A stretch of DNA of 64,000 bases from Alphaproteobacteria bacterium UBA6149 (lineage in GTDB: Bacteria; Pseudomonadota; Alphaproteobacteria; Rickettsiales; UBA998): the NCBI GenBank assembly GCA_002423155.1, contig DIUV01000048.1, forward strand, positions 517 to 64,516, in the 5' to 3' direction. The translations under genes and the position numbers were made by a program. Position 1 is the stretch's first letter, and every line of letters begins with the position of its first letter. The notes under the pieces are model-generated. The model did no database searches, had not been told where the DNA came from, and saw nothing but the letters and a program-made list of their open reading frames with translations. This document shows positions 11,089-19,888 of this stretch, piece after piece.

Positions 11089-12124
11089 GTTTTAATAAAA
11101 GATTGGCTAATTGTTCAGCCGAGGCGACGGTAAAATCTCCTAATATTTTATCTGTACCAGTAAAATGCGCAAAAGAAAAGTTCGCAGCATGTGCAAGGGC
11201 TAATAATCCACCATAACGTCGGGCAAAGTCCAAACGCGTGATAATTATACGCTCCACACCTAGATATGAGAAAGCATTAGCGATTTCCGTAGCTTCCGCA
11301 GGATCACCACCAGCGGGATAGATTAGGACAGGTTGTATTTCTTGTAAACCAGCAAATTCAGCAAGTTCTTTCATTTCAGTGAAATCATAGGGGTTACTGC
11401 TAGCGCTGTCGATGATTACCCGCGAGTCGCTGGGGCAATCGGCGAGGATTTTTTTTAGTTCTATGCGGTTATCAGCGGTGTATAATCTAGCTCCGAGCAC
11501 GTTAGTGAGGGCAGTTAATTGTTCGGCACTACCTGCTTTTTTATAATCGGTACTGATAACAATCGGAGTATGACCAGCCTTGGTGATGCGTGCTGCCATT
11601 TTCACTGCGGTGAGGGTTTTTCCTGCTCCTGCTGTGCCAATCAGCATGGTGCGTGTGCCTGGACCATCGTAATTTACGGGGGAAAAATTGTAATTAGCGG
11701 CGAGGGCGCTAGCTAGTACTGCGCTTACATCTTCTAAATTTTCAGGCAGCTGCATTTGATTTTGTTGAATGCAGGAAATTATTTTCTCGCTTTGTTCCTG
11801 CGGAGTGCTGTTTATAGCCAGTATATGCGCTATTTTTTCAATAATAGCGGATGAAATGGCGGAATTATTATTTGCTGTTGAATTTGGTTGCAAGATATCG
11901 CTTTGAATAATATCCGCGATTTTGTGGGGGAGAATTGTTTTTCCCACTTGCTCATTGCCAGCTTCCCAATCATCGGGCTCTTCGTCTTGGGCTACGGTTA
12001 CAGAAATACCTTTACCTGCGGTGTTTGGTGCCGAAGATATAATCACCGCATCATCGCCAATTTCTTCGCGAATCAGGCGCATGGCGTCTTGCATGGTGGG
12101 GGCAATGTAGGTTTTTAAACGCAC
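11069..12124 (-). CDS. flhF: flagellar biosynthesis GTPase FlhF (SRP-type)
   Basis: 351 aa with the N-terminal MRLKTYIAPTMQDAMRLIREEIGDDAVIIS typical of FlhF. It has a G1 loop GTAGAGKT and a DSASSNP G3-like motif. Confidence 0.8.
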   Translation of the reverse strand: MRLKTYIAPTMQDAMRLIREEIGDDAVIISSAPNTAGKGISVTVAQDEEPDDWEAGNEQVGKTILPHKIADIIQSDILQPNSTANNNSAISSAIIEKIAHILAINSTPQEQSEKIISCIQQNQMQLPENLEDVSAVLASALAANYNFSPVNYDGPGTRTMLIGTAGAGKTLTAVKMAARITKAGHTPIVISTDYKKAGSAEQLTALTNVLGARLYTADNRIELKKILADCPSDSRVIIDSASSNPYDFTEMKELAEFAGLQEIQPVLIYPAGGDPAEATEIANAFSYLGVERIIITRLDFARRYGGLLALAHAANFSFAHFTGTDKILGDFTVASAEQLANLLLKLDQNTH

Positions 12125-12222
12125 GTTTTAGTCGGTTCGGTTGAGTTGATTAACGATATTTTGGTAAAATTACAACATATTATATAAAATGTAAATTGCT
12201 AACATTTTTTGTGCTTGTTTTA

Positions 12223-12330
12223 TACTAATTCAACTTTAAAATTCCCCATACTAAATTGGAATTAGTATAGGTTTGCGACTGCAAGCCCGCGGCGCGTGCC
12301 GCGTTAGCCTTAATGGCGCTTGAACGACTT
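12223..12330. repeat. about 108-bp structured repeat, copy 1 of 2 (second copy at 55115-55220)
   Basis: By-eye alignment to 55115-55220 gives roughly 90 percent identity. It contains three consecutive hairpins: CTAATTC..GGAATTAG, GGTTTGC..GCAA(G/A)CC and GCGGC-GCGT-G(C/T)CGC. Confidence 0.85.
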
Positions 12331-12332
12331 AC

Positions 12333-12370
12333 AAAAAACCCCACCTTATAAAAAATAAGGTGGGGTTTTT
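12333..12370. terminator. bidirectional rho-independent terminator
   Basis: AAAAAACCCCACCTTAT-loop-ATAAGGTGGGGTTTTT. It lies just 3' of the minus-strand ORF 12394-12729 and also directly follows repeat copy 1 on the plus strand. Confidence 0.85.
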
Positions 12371-12393
12371 GAAAAATATATAGAGCAAAAATA

Positions 12394-12729
12394 CTAAATA
12401 TCGTCTTCCATAAGTACATCTTCATGTACGTTTTCGGAAGAACCTTTGCTAGATTTAGCTTTTGCGCGAACCAATTTGCCTTTTTCATTATCCCAAGTAT
12501 ATTGGTAAACAACGGTTTTAATGCCTGTCATTACAATGTCGCCATCTGCTAATTGCAAAATATCGAAGCCTTTTTGAAGAGCATCGTTGATTAGGGCAGA
12601 GGATTGACGTAGGTAATCCGCGTTCGCCATTACATCTGCACTCGCATTGTAATCAGGAGATGCGCGATCTGCAGCGCCAATTTTAGAAGTCAAATTGATT
12701 TTATTTACTAAACGACGATTATAAGACAT
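12394..12729 (-). CDS. hypothetical protein
   Basis: 111-aa ORF followed by a strong terminator. No family recognised. Confidence 0.5.
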   Translation of the reverse strand: MSYNRRLVNKINLTSKIGAADRASPDYNASADVMANADYLRQSSALINDALQKGFDILQLADGDIVMTGIKTVVYQYTWDNEKGKLVRAKAKSSKGSSENVHEDVLMEDDI

Positions 12730-12972
12730 GGTTTTTCCTAACTGTGGATTTTTAACTACCAGATATTTCTTTGCAATATTTGCTTGATGTTGTCAAAATG
12801 AAACAACATTTAGTTGCCTATTTACCTATAACTCAATATATAGCGAAATCGCCAGCAAAATGCAATAAAAAAATATCTAAGTAGTTAAGATGTTAATTAA
12901 CAATCTTGTGCATTGGTTTAATAAATATGTTGGAGTAAGTCAACAAGCTAATTTTGTTTTTTATGATTTTAT

Positions 12973-13012
12973 AAAAAAACCCATCTCTTTATTAGAAAGA
13001 GATGGGTTTTTT
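12973..13012 (-). terminator. rho-independent terminator downstream of clpX
   Basis: AAAAAACCCATCTCTTT-loop-AAAGAGATGGGTTTTTT. Confidence 0.85.
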
Positions 13013-13025
13013 ATCTTATTAACAA

Positions 13026-14336
13026 TTATTCCTTAGCAGCAGAGTCCTTTGGTTCTTTGGGTTCCTTCGGCTCTTTAGGTTCTTTCTTCTTTGGTGTTTC
13101 GTGCACCAAAACAGGATCAGTTCCTTTAGCTACCACTTCTTCGGTTATAATAACTTCACAAATGTCTGACATGCTGGGCAGGTCATACATTTGATTTAGT
13201 AGCAATTCCTCTAAGATAGCGCGCAGTCCACGAGCACCAGTTTTGCGCTCAATTGCTCGTTTAGCAATTGCATCTAACGCTCCTTCGGTGAAAGTTAAAT
13301 CTACTTCTTCTAATTCAAATAATTTTTTATATTGGCGTACCAGTGCATTTTTAGGTTGAGTTAAAATTTGCACCAAAGCAGGTTCATCTAAATCACGCAA
13401 AGTAGCAATTACAGGTAGGCGACCAATAAATTCGGGGATAAGACCAAATTTCATCAAATCTTCCGGTTCTACTTTAGCGAGCATATCGCCCACGCGAGAT
13501 TCTTCTTTGCTTTTCACATCCGCACCAAAGCCGATGGAAGAGCCTTTGCCACGCATACCAATGATTTTATCTAAGCCCGAGAATGCCCCACCACAGATGA
13601 ACAAGATATTAGAAGTATCTACTTGCAAAAATTCCTGTTGCGGATGTTTGCGACCACCTTGGGGAGGAACGGAAGCCACGGTGCCTTCCATAATTTTTAG
13701 CAAGGCTTGCTGTACGCCTTCGCCCGAAACGTCACGAGTGATAGAAGGATTATCGGATTTACGAGAGATTTTATCAACTTCGTCAATATAAACAATACCA
13801 CGTTGTGCGCGATCGACGTTATAATCCGCTGCTTGTAATAAGCGCAGGATAATATTTTCCACGTCTTCACCCACATAGCCCGCCTCGGTCAGGGTGGTGG
13901 CATCTGCCATGGTGAAGGGAACGTCCAAAATACGGGCGAGAGTTTGTGCCAGTAAGGTTTTACCGCAACCAGTAGGACCAAGAACGAGGATATTTGATTT
14001 GGCAATCTCAACATCGCTGCCTTTTTCCATCAACGCTACGCGTTTATAATGGTTATAAACCGCTACGGAGAGAACTTTTTTAGCATCATCCTGACCAATT
14101 ACATAATCATCCAGCACCTTGCGTATTTCATGCGGGGTGGCGATGTTGTTTTCATCATGCGTAATGATAGTTTTATCCGCAGTGCGAATAATATCCGTGC
14201 ATAATTCTACACATTCATCACAAATGAATACAGTGGGACCAGCAATTAACTTGCGAACTTCATGCTCACTTTTTCCACAAAATGAACAATAACGAGTATT
14301 TTTAGTTTCGCGACCTTTGGACATGCTACCTTGCAC
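13026..14336 (-). CDS. clpX: ATP-dependent Clp protease ATP-binding subunit ClpX
   Basis: Zinc-binding CSFCGK...CDEC, Walker A GPTGCGKT, and IGF-type loop. It carries an extra C-terminal [21 protein letters not shown] tail. Confidence 0.95.
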   Translation of the reverse strand: MQGSMSKGRETKNTRYCSFCGKSEHEVRKLIAGPTVFICDECVELCTDIIRTADKTIITHDENNIATPHEIRKVLDDYVIGQDDAKKVLSVAVYNHYKRVALMEKGSDVEIAKSNILVLGPTGCGKTLLAQTLARILDVPFTMADATTLTEAGYVGEDVENIILRLLQAADYNVDRAQRGIVYIDEVDKISRKSDNPSITRDVSGEGVQQALLKIMEGTVASVPPQGGRKHPQQEFLQVDTSNILFICGGAFSGLDKIIGMRGKGSSIGFGADVKSKEESRVGDMLAKVEPEDLMKFGLIPEFIGRLPVIATLRDLDEPALVQILTQPKNALVRQYKKLFELEEVDLTFTEGALDAIAKRAIERKTGARGLRAILEELLLNQMYDLPSMSDICEVIITEEVVAKGTDPVLVHETPKKKEPKEPKEPKEPKDSAAKE

Positions 14337-14463
14337 CTTGATTTATTAATATTACCCTATTCATAGACCAGACAAAAAAATTACGCAAAAGCTTATATTG
14401 ATTGTTTCATCATAGGGCAGATTTTTGGTTAGCTGTTACGATTGTGTCACAGTGCTATACACG

Positions 14464-14501
14464 AAAAAACAGGCAGCCTTGGTATAGGCTGCCTGTTTTT
14501 T
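14464..14501 (-). terminator. rho-independent terminator downstream of the RTX-like gene
   Basis: AAAAAACAGGCAGCC-loop-GGCTGCCTGTTTTTT. Confidence 0.85.
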
Positions 14502-14515
14502 GGTTAGTATTTACT

Positions 14516-17500
14516 TTATGCAATAGCTTCAAAGTCGCCAACACTAAAGCTATAGCTACCACCACCATTGGAATAGTTATCAATAGTGAGAATATGTACG
14601 CCAACTCCTGCTCCATTAGCATCGGCATCGTAATATACACCGCCATTAGCAACGTCATATATAAAGGTTGCGGTAGCGCTGGTGGAATTATGCACCCCGT
14701 TAGTTGCAATCATATCCGCCGAAGTGAGCGCAACACCAGCAAATGCGCTGCCAAAGTTAAAGACTGAATCAGAGAAACGAATTGTATCCGCACCCGCAGT
14801 TTTAAAGTCAGTCACATGGTCAACCCCACCACCTGGAGCTACAAAGAAGTCCAGACGATCATTACCTGCTCCACCTGTTAGCGTATCTACACCATTACCA
14901 CCAATGATAGTATCGTTGCCATTACCGCCAGTGATTGAGCTAGCATTACCATTGGCAATATAAACAACACTGTTTGAACCATCCGCGAGATTAGCCGTAA
15001 CAATATTATCGCTAGTGTCGGTTAATACCAGATGGTTGGTAGTGGTAAGATTGGCAGCTGTAATAGTCGTCGCTGTGCTTGCTCCATTTAAGTCCAAAGT
15101 TAGGGTTTTTACGCCACTAACAGCATCCAAATTGCCAATTTCTGTGTTGGCATTGGTGCTGAATATTAAGGAGTTAGTACCAGAAGCACCAGTTAGTTTG
15201 ATGGTTTCGATAGTGGATATATTAGCCCATGTTGTGTCAGCAATGGTCAATCCGCCATTATTAGCATCATCAATAACCAAAACATCGTTGCCAGTGCCAC
15301 CAGCAATACTGTCTGTTGACGCGAGATTTGCATCATTAATGGTAATTAGGTCTTCATCTGCTCCACCGTTTATAGAGTCAACCCCTGTGCCAGCGGTAAT
15401 TGTATCATTGCCCGCATCTGCAGTTACGGTAACACCCGACTTAACTACAGTAGTAAGGTTAATCGTATCTGCAGCTGCTGTACCTTGTAAGGTTAGGCTG
15501 TTTTCACTACCAGAAATTAATCCCAAGTTAGTTGTGCTCGTGTTAGCAACATCGGTAACAATAATATCTACCGTGCCATTAACAGTAAGATTATCTGCCT
15601 GAGTTGCGGTTAGTGTAAACGAATTGGTGGTTGCCGTTACGCTGCTAATGCCAGCGGTTAGCACTGCTGCAATACCCGCAGTTAAATTAGTGCCCGTATC
15701 AGACACTGCAACCGAACCACCAGCGGAAGTAGAGAAAGTCAATCCAGTAGCTTCTGCTACGGTAAGTGTTGCTGCATCGGTGATAATTCCTACAGCAGTA
15801 ACACCAGTAGCGCGAATGGTAGCAATACCAGAATCTACGTTAGAGCCAGTATCGCTGATTGTACCAGTTATAGTACCTGTGGTTAGTGCGTCAATGCTCG
15901 CCAAGTCTGCCACATTCACTGTGCCAGTGATGGCAACATTCACTGAGCCAGTTACATAACCACCAGCGTTAGTAATTAAAGTGGCACTAGCATCAGAGAT
16001 GGCAGTGTAAGTAACTGTATCCGCTGCTGCATCAATATCAGTTATTTGCGCGATAGTTGCGGCATCACTTACCGTAGCATCATGCCCAGCGGTAACGTAA
16101 GTACCTGCACCAGCATTAGTGGCAGCATCAGTTGCAAGGTTGAGGGCCGTATCAGTAACGCTTGTATAGGTAACTGTATCTGCTGCGGCATTAATAGCAA
16201 CTAATTGTGCTAGTGATGCAGTAGTATTTACGGTTACGTCATGCCCAGCGGCAACGTAAGTACCTGCACCAGCATTAGTAGCGGCATCAGTTGCAAGGTT
16301 AGTTGCCGAGTCAGTAACGGTTGTATAAGTAACTGTATCTGCTGCGGCATCAATAGCGGTTAATTGAGCTATTGTTGCAGTAGTATTTACGGTTACGTTA
16401 TGCCCAGCGGTAACGTAAGTACCTGCACCAGCATTAGTAGCGGCATCCGCGGCTAAGTTGGAGGCTGAGTCTGTGATGGAATAAGCCAATGTACCAGTGG
16501 TATAACCATCTATTGTTCCTACTTGAGCTACGGTAGCTGCATCAGTAAAGGTAACATTTACTGCGCCAGTTACAATTGTACCAGCATCGGTCAGTAGGTT
16601 AGCTGTGCTGTCAGAGATGGCAGTGTAAGTAACTACGGTTGCTGCCGCAATAATAATTGTCAATTCTGCAACACTTGCCGTGGTGCTAACAGTTGCATTA
16701 TAACCAGTATCATCAATAACTTTGCTATCGAATGAAGCAATAGTTGTGCTAGCTGTAATGCCAGAACGTACAAAAGTTGCGGTTCCTGCTGCTATAGAAA
16801 TGGTAATATCGCCAGTAGCTGTTCCGCCAAAAGTTAAATGACCAGCAGTATCTGTAACTGTAAAGGTGGTGCTACTTCCGCCACCACCACCGCCACCACC
16901 GCCAGATCCACCGCTAGATCCACCAGTTGCGCCATTTGATTGCGCGATATTTACTAGAGCAGTTATTGCGTTAGTGCCGCTATCGATTGCAGCATTTAAA
17001 GGGGTGAATACATCTTCGTTGAATAAATCTAATAGCCCCTGTACATCGCCAGAGGTGATTTCTGCTGCAGCATCTGAGTGCGTGCGAACATAACCAGCCA
17101 TGCTAAAAAGAGAAGAGGGGTCACGTTGTTCTAATATACCATATTGTAGCCAATGTAATAATGGGTTGATACCAGCAGCAGCAACATCGGTATTATGATT
17201 TAGGTAATAATTCATGTTGAATAATGCATTAGGAGTGCGATGTTCGTTCACGCCATAATTAATCCAATGTTCAAAAGCGTCTATTCCCGCAGCAGCCACG
17301 TCGGTGTTTTGTTGTAAGTAATAAGAGATATTGAAAAAAGGAGACGGGTCACGAGTCTCAAGAGAGCCAAAATTATTGAAATGGTCTAATGGGTTTATGC
17401 CAGCAGAATTTACGTCTGTATTATTTTGTAAATAGAAAAGTGTATTAAAGAACGGGCTGGGATTACGTCCCTCATGCCAACCGTACAAGTTGTAATGTAC

Positions 17501-17572
17501 TAGTGCGTCTATGCCTGCGGCAGCAACATCTGGGTTTTGTTGAAGATAGTAATTTGTATCAAACGTCAGCAT
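14516..17572 (-). CDS. large secreted RTX-type (hemolysin-type calcium-binding) repeat protein, probable T1SS substrate or adhesin
   Basis: 1018 aa. The N-terminus has five ~37-aa repeats (YYLQQN.DVAAAGI....H....G..E.R.P...F). These are followed by a poly-Gly linker GGSSGGSGGGGGGGGGSS, Thr/Ala-rich 53-aa tandem repeats, and then GG.G.D nonapeptides (GGNGNDTIIGGNGVDTLTGGAGNDRL) near an acidic/hydrophobic C-terminus. There is no N-terminal signal peptide. Confidence 0.85.
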   Translation of the reverse strand: MLTFDTNYYLQQNPDVAAAGIDALVHYNLYGWHEGRNPSPFFNTLFYLQNNTDVNSAGINPLDHFNNFGSLETRDPSPFFNISYYLQQNTDVAAAGIDAFEHWINYGVNEHRTPNALFNMNYYLNHNTDVAAAGINPLLHWLQYGILEQRDPSSLFSMAGYVRTHSDAAAEITSGDVQGLLDLFNEDVFTPLNAAIDSGTNAITALVNIAQSNGATGGSSGGSGGGGGGGGGSSTTFTVTDTAGHLTFGGTATGDITISIAAGTATFVRSGITASTTIASFDSKVIDDTGYNATVSTTASVAELTIIIAAATVVTYTAISDSTANLLTDAGTIVTGAVNVTFTDAATVAQVGTIDGYTTGTLAYSITDSASNLAADAATNAGAGTYVTAGHNVTVNTTATIAQLTAIDAAADTVTYTTVTDSATNLATDAATNAGAGTYVAAGHDVTVNTTASLAQLVAINAAADTVTYTSVTDTALNLATDAATNAGAGTYVTAGHDATVSDAATIAQITDIDAAADTVTYTAISDASATLITNAGGYVTGSVNVAITGTVNVADLASIDALTTGTITGTISDTGSNVDSGIATIRATGVTAVGIITDAATLTVAEATGLTFSTSAGGSVAVSDTGTNLTAGIAAVLTAGISSVTATTNSFTLTATQADNLTVNGTVDIIVTDVANTSTTNLGLISGSENSLTLQGTAAADTINLTTVVKSGVTVTADAGNDTITAGTGVDSINGGADEDLITINDANLASTDSIAGGTGNDVLVIDDANNGGLTIADTTWANISTIETIKLTGASGTNSLIFSTNANTEIGNLDAVSGVKTLTLDLNGASTATTITAANLTTTNHLVLTDTSDNIVTANLADGSNSVVYIANGNASSITGGNGNDTIIGGNGVDTLTGGAGNDRLDFFVAPGGGVDHVTDFKTAGADTIRFSDSVFNFGSAFAGVALTSADMIATNGVHNSTSATATFIYDVANGGVYYDADANGAGVGVHILTIDNYSNGGGSYSFSVGDFEAIA
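15998..16474. repeat. three tandem 159-bp (53-aa) coding repeats inside the RTX-like gene
   Basis: The string ATGCCCAGC recurs at 16082, 16241 and 16400, an exact 159-bp period. More degenerate copies flank on both sides. Confidence 0.9.
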
Positions 17573-18073
17573 TGAGTAACTCCTTAAAAATACACGAATT
17601 ATATATGGGCAAAAAATAATGCAGTTTTGTTGTTATCAGAAAAATTATAATAAATCTACTAAAAGCAGGTAAAAAAACGAATGAAGTGAAAGCATAAAAT
17701 GGTGGTTATTAATATTAGATATCTGTCAGAGCTAGATTTGTTAAGTAATGCTGCTTTTTAATTGTAATAAAAATATTTTTTTTAGTAAAAATGTTTTGTT
17801 ATTTGTTCTGTAAAAAACTTCTGTAAAAACATTGTATTACTGCTATGTAGGCAAAAAATCCCTCATAGTTAATTTACTATATATAGTTATTCGTGTTGTT
17901 TTGAATAGCATTATATGGTTTTGCATTTGGAGAATGTGGTTTTTTTGCCGCTTGCCAAATAATTGAAATGCTGCTTTTATGCGCCGCAGGGGAATATTTT
18001 ACCTATCTGGTGAATATTGTTTTATAAAATATTCAATATAAACTGGTCTTATTATATAGGCGGAGCTTACTAC

Positions 18074-19708
18074 ATGAATGCTATGGTACATACATTCCGT
18101 GAAATGGGGCAAGTAAAGTTGCTTGCTTTGGCGGCTGCGGCTTTGTTGCTGCTGGGACTTTTTATGTTTATGGCGATGCATAATCCCACCCCGGCAATGT
18201 CGCCGCTTTATTCTAATGTTTCTTTGGAAGATAGTGGAAAAATTGTTGAAGAGTTAGAAAAAGCTAATACTCCTTATGAGCTGGCAGCTAACGGCACGCA
18301 AATTTTAGTTCCTGCTGATGAAGTGGCGCGTTTGCGTATAAAATTAGCGCAAGGTGGTATGCCTTCTAGTGGCTCTATGGTGGGTTATGAAGTGTTTGAC
18401 AAGGGTGAAGCGCTGGGAACTTCTAATTTTGTGCTTGATTTAAATAAAATTCGTGCCTTAGAAGGTGAATTGGCGCGCACCATTACCTCAATTACTAAAA
18501 TAGAAACGGCGCGGGTGCATTTAGTAATGCCCAAAAAAGAGTTGTTTACGCGGGATAAGGTTGATCCGACTGCTTCGGTGGTGGTTAAATTGCGCGGTGT
18601 TAATGCGCTGGAAAAAAATGAAATAGCTGCGGTTAGACATTTGGTGGCAACTGCGGTTCCAGGATTAAAGCCAACCCGCATTACTATAGTTGATAGTAAG
18701 GGTAGTTTGTTGGCTCGGGGGGTGGATGATGAAAATGACCCAGATGCAATTGCTGCGACCTCCGAAGAATTCCGGTTGAATTTTGAAAATAGAACTCGTG
18801 ATATTGTTGAGCGTTTGTTGGAGCGTTCATTGGGAGCTGGTCGTGTTCGTGCTGAAGTGAATGCCGATATTGATTTTGATAGAGTAGTTACTAATTCAGA
18901 AACTTATGATCCGGAAGGTCAGGTTCCGCGTTCGGTACAAAATACGGAAGAGACTGAAAACTCTAATGATAAAGATGTGAATGCAAATGTTTCTGCTGGG
19001 CAAAATCTGCCAAATGCTAATCAGAATCAGGCGGGCACTACTTCGCAACGTAATACGAAGCGTACGGATGAGACTACTAACTATGAAATCTCTAAAACCG
19101 TAGAAAATCATATCAAAGAAACTGGCACAGTTAATAAAATTTCAGTCGCGGTTTTGGTGGATGGAAACTATATCACTGATAAAAAAGGTGAAAAAACTTA
19201 CGCTCCGCGTAGTGCCGCAGAATTGGCACAGATTGCTGCTTTAGTTAAATCTTCTATAGGCTTTGATGAAAAACGTGGCGATAAGGTAGAAGTGGTGAAT
19301 ATGAAGTTTGCCGTTAATGACGATATTTTAGAAGAAAGTCCTTTGGATTGGCTAAAAGGTAGCGTGGATAGCATTGTACAGACCTTGGTTTTGGGTGGTA
19401 TTGCGGTATTGGTTATCTTGATGATTGTGCGTCCATTAGTATCTCGGGTGCTGGTTACTTCCGACGAAGAGCGCGAAGCAGAAGAGCAAGAGCGTGCTTT
19501 GTTGGGTGGTCCCGGCTTAATTGCTGGTCAGTTGGGCGATTTTAGCTTGGATGGTGAGGAGGATGATTTGTTAATCAGCTTAAATAGTGTTCAAGGTGGT
19601 ATAAAATCATCTAGTTACAAAAAGATAAATGAAATGATTGCTGAACATCCAGAGGAAACTTTAAACGTAATTCGCGGATGGGCATTTACGAATACGCAAC
19701 CACGTTAA
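18074..19708 (+). CDS. fliF: flagellar M-ring protein FliF
   Basis: YSNVSLEDSGKIVEELEKANTPYEL...GYEVFDK and two TM segments. I prefer ATG 18074 (MNAMVHTF..., preceded by GGCGGAG) over the track's start at 18017. Confidence 0.9.
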   Translation: MNAMVHTFREMGQVKLLALAAAALLLLGLFMFMAMHNPTPAMSPLYSNVSLEDSGKIVEELEKANTPYELAANGTQILVPADEVARLRIKLAQGGMPSSGSMVGYEVFDKGEALGTSNFVLDLNKIRALEGELARTITSITKIETARVHLVMPKKELFTRDKVDPTASVVVKLRGVNALEKNEIAAVRHLVATAVPGLKPTRITIVDSKGSLLARGVDDENDPDAIAATSEEFRLNFENRTRDIVERLLERSLGAGRVRAEVNADIDFDRVVTNSETYDPEGQVPRSVQNTEETENSNDKDVNANVSAGQNLPNANQNQAGTTSQRNTKRTDETTNYEISKTVENHIKETGTVNKISVAVLVDGNYITDKKGEKTYAPRSAAELAQIAALVKSSIGFDEKRGDKVEVVNMKFAVNDDILEESPLDWLKGSVDSIVQTLVLGGIAVLVILMIVRPLVSRVLVTSDEEREAEEQERALLGGPGLIAGQLGDFSLDGEEDDLLISLNSVQGGIKSSSYKKINEMIAEHPEETLNVIRGWAFTNTQPR

Positions 19709-19713
19709 TATAA

Positions 19714-19853
19714 CAGGTTGTTTGAAAAATGTTTATGTGAGGTAATTCTTTAGTATTTCTGCACGGAGAACCGCAGTGTAGCGTAGCTACATGAGATCTG
19801 AGTACAGAAAAACGTGAGAAATTACCCATAGAAATCGTTTTTCAAACAACCTG
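19714..19853. repeat. 140-bp imperfect palindrome in the fliF-fliG spacer
   Basis: The ends are CAGGTTGTTTGAAAAA and TTTTTCAAACAACCTG. Inner arms are TTTCTGCAC / GTACAGAAA, and the central hairpin is TGTAGC-gta-GCTACA. Confidence 0.85.
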
Positions 19854-19888
19854 ATAACTAACTATAATTCAGATTAGGGAAGTAGAAC

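Noticed and set aside
14682-15959. Plus-strand ORFs 14682-14963, 15015-15602 and 15624-15959 (93-195 aa), plus 16866-17093.
   Set aside because: They lie entirely antisense to the RTX-like gene. Their open frames and Val/Ser/Ala/Pro-rich translations are a by-product of the biased, stop-poor repeat sequence on the opposite strand.
17930-17965. Sigma-54-like GG-N10-GC string (TGGTTTTTTTGCCGCT) upstream of fliF, and TGGTACTTGCTAGC (about 38355-38368) upstream of flp.
   Set aside because: The first lacks the TGGCAC and TTGC consensus bases. The second has GG-N9-GC spacing. Neither is convincing without TSS data.
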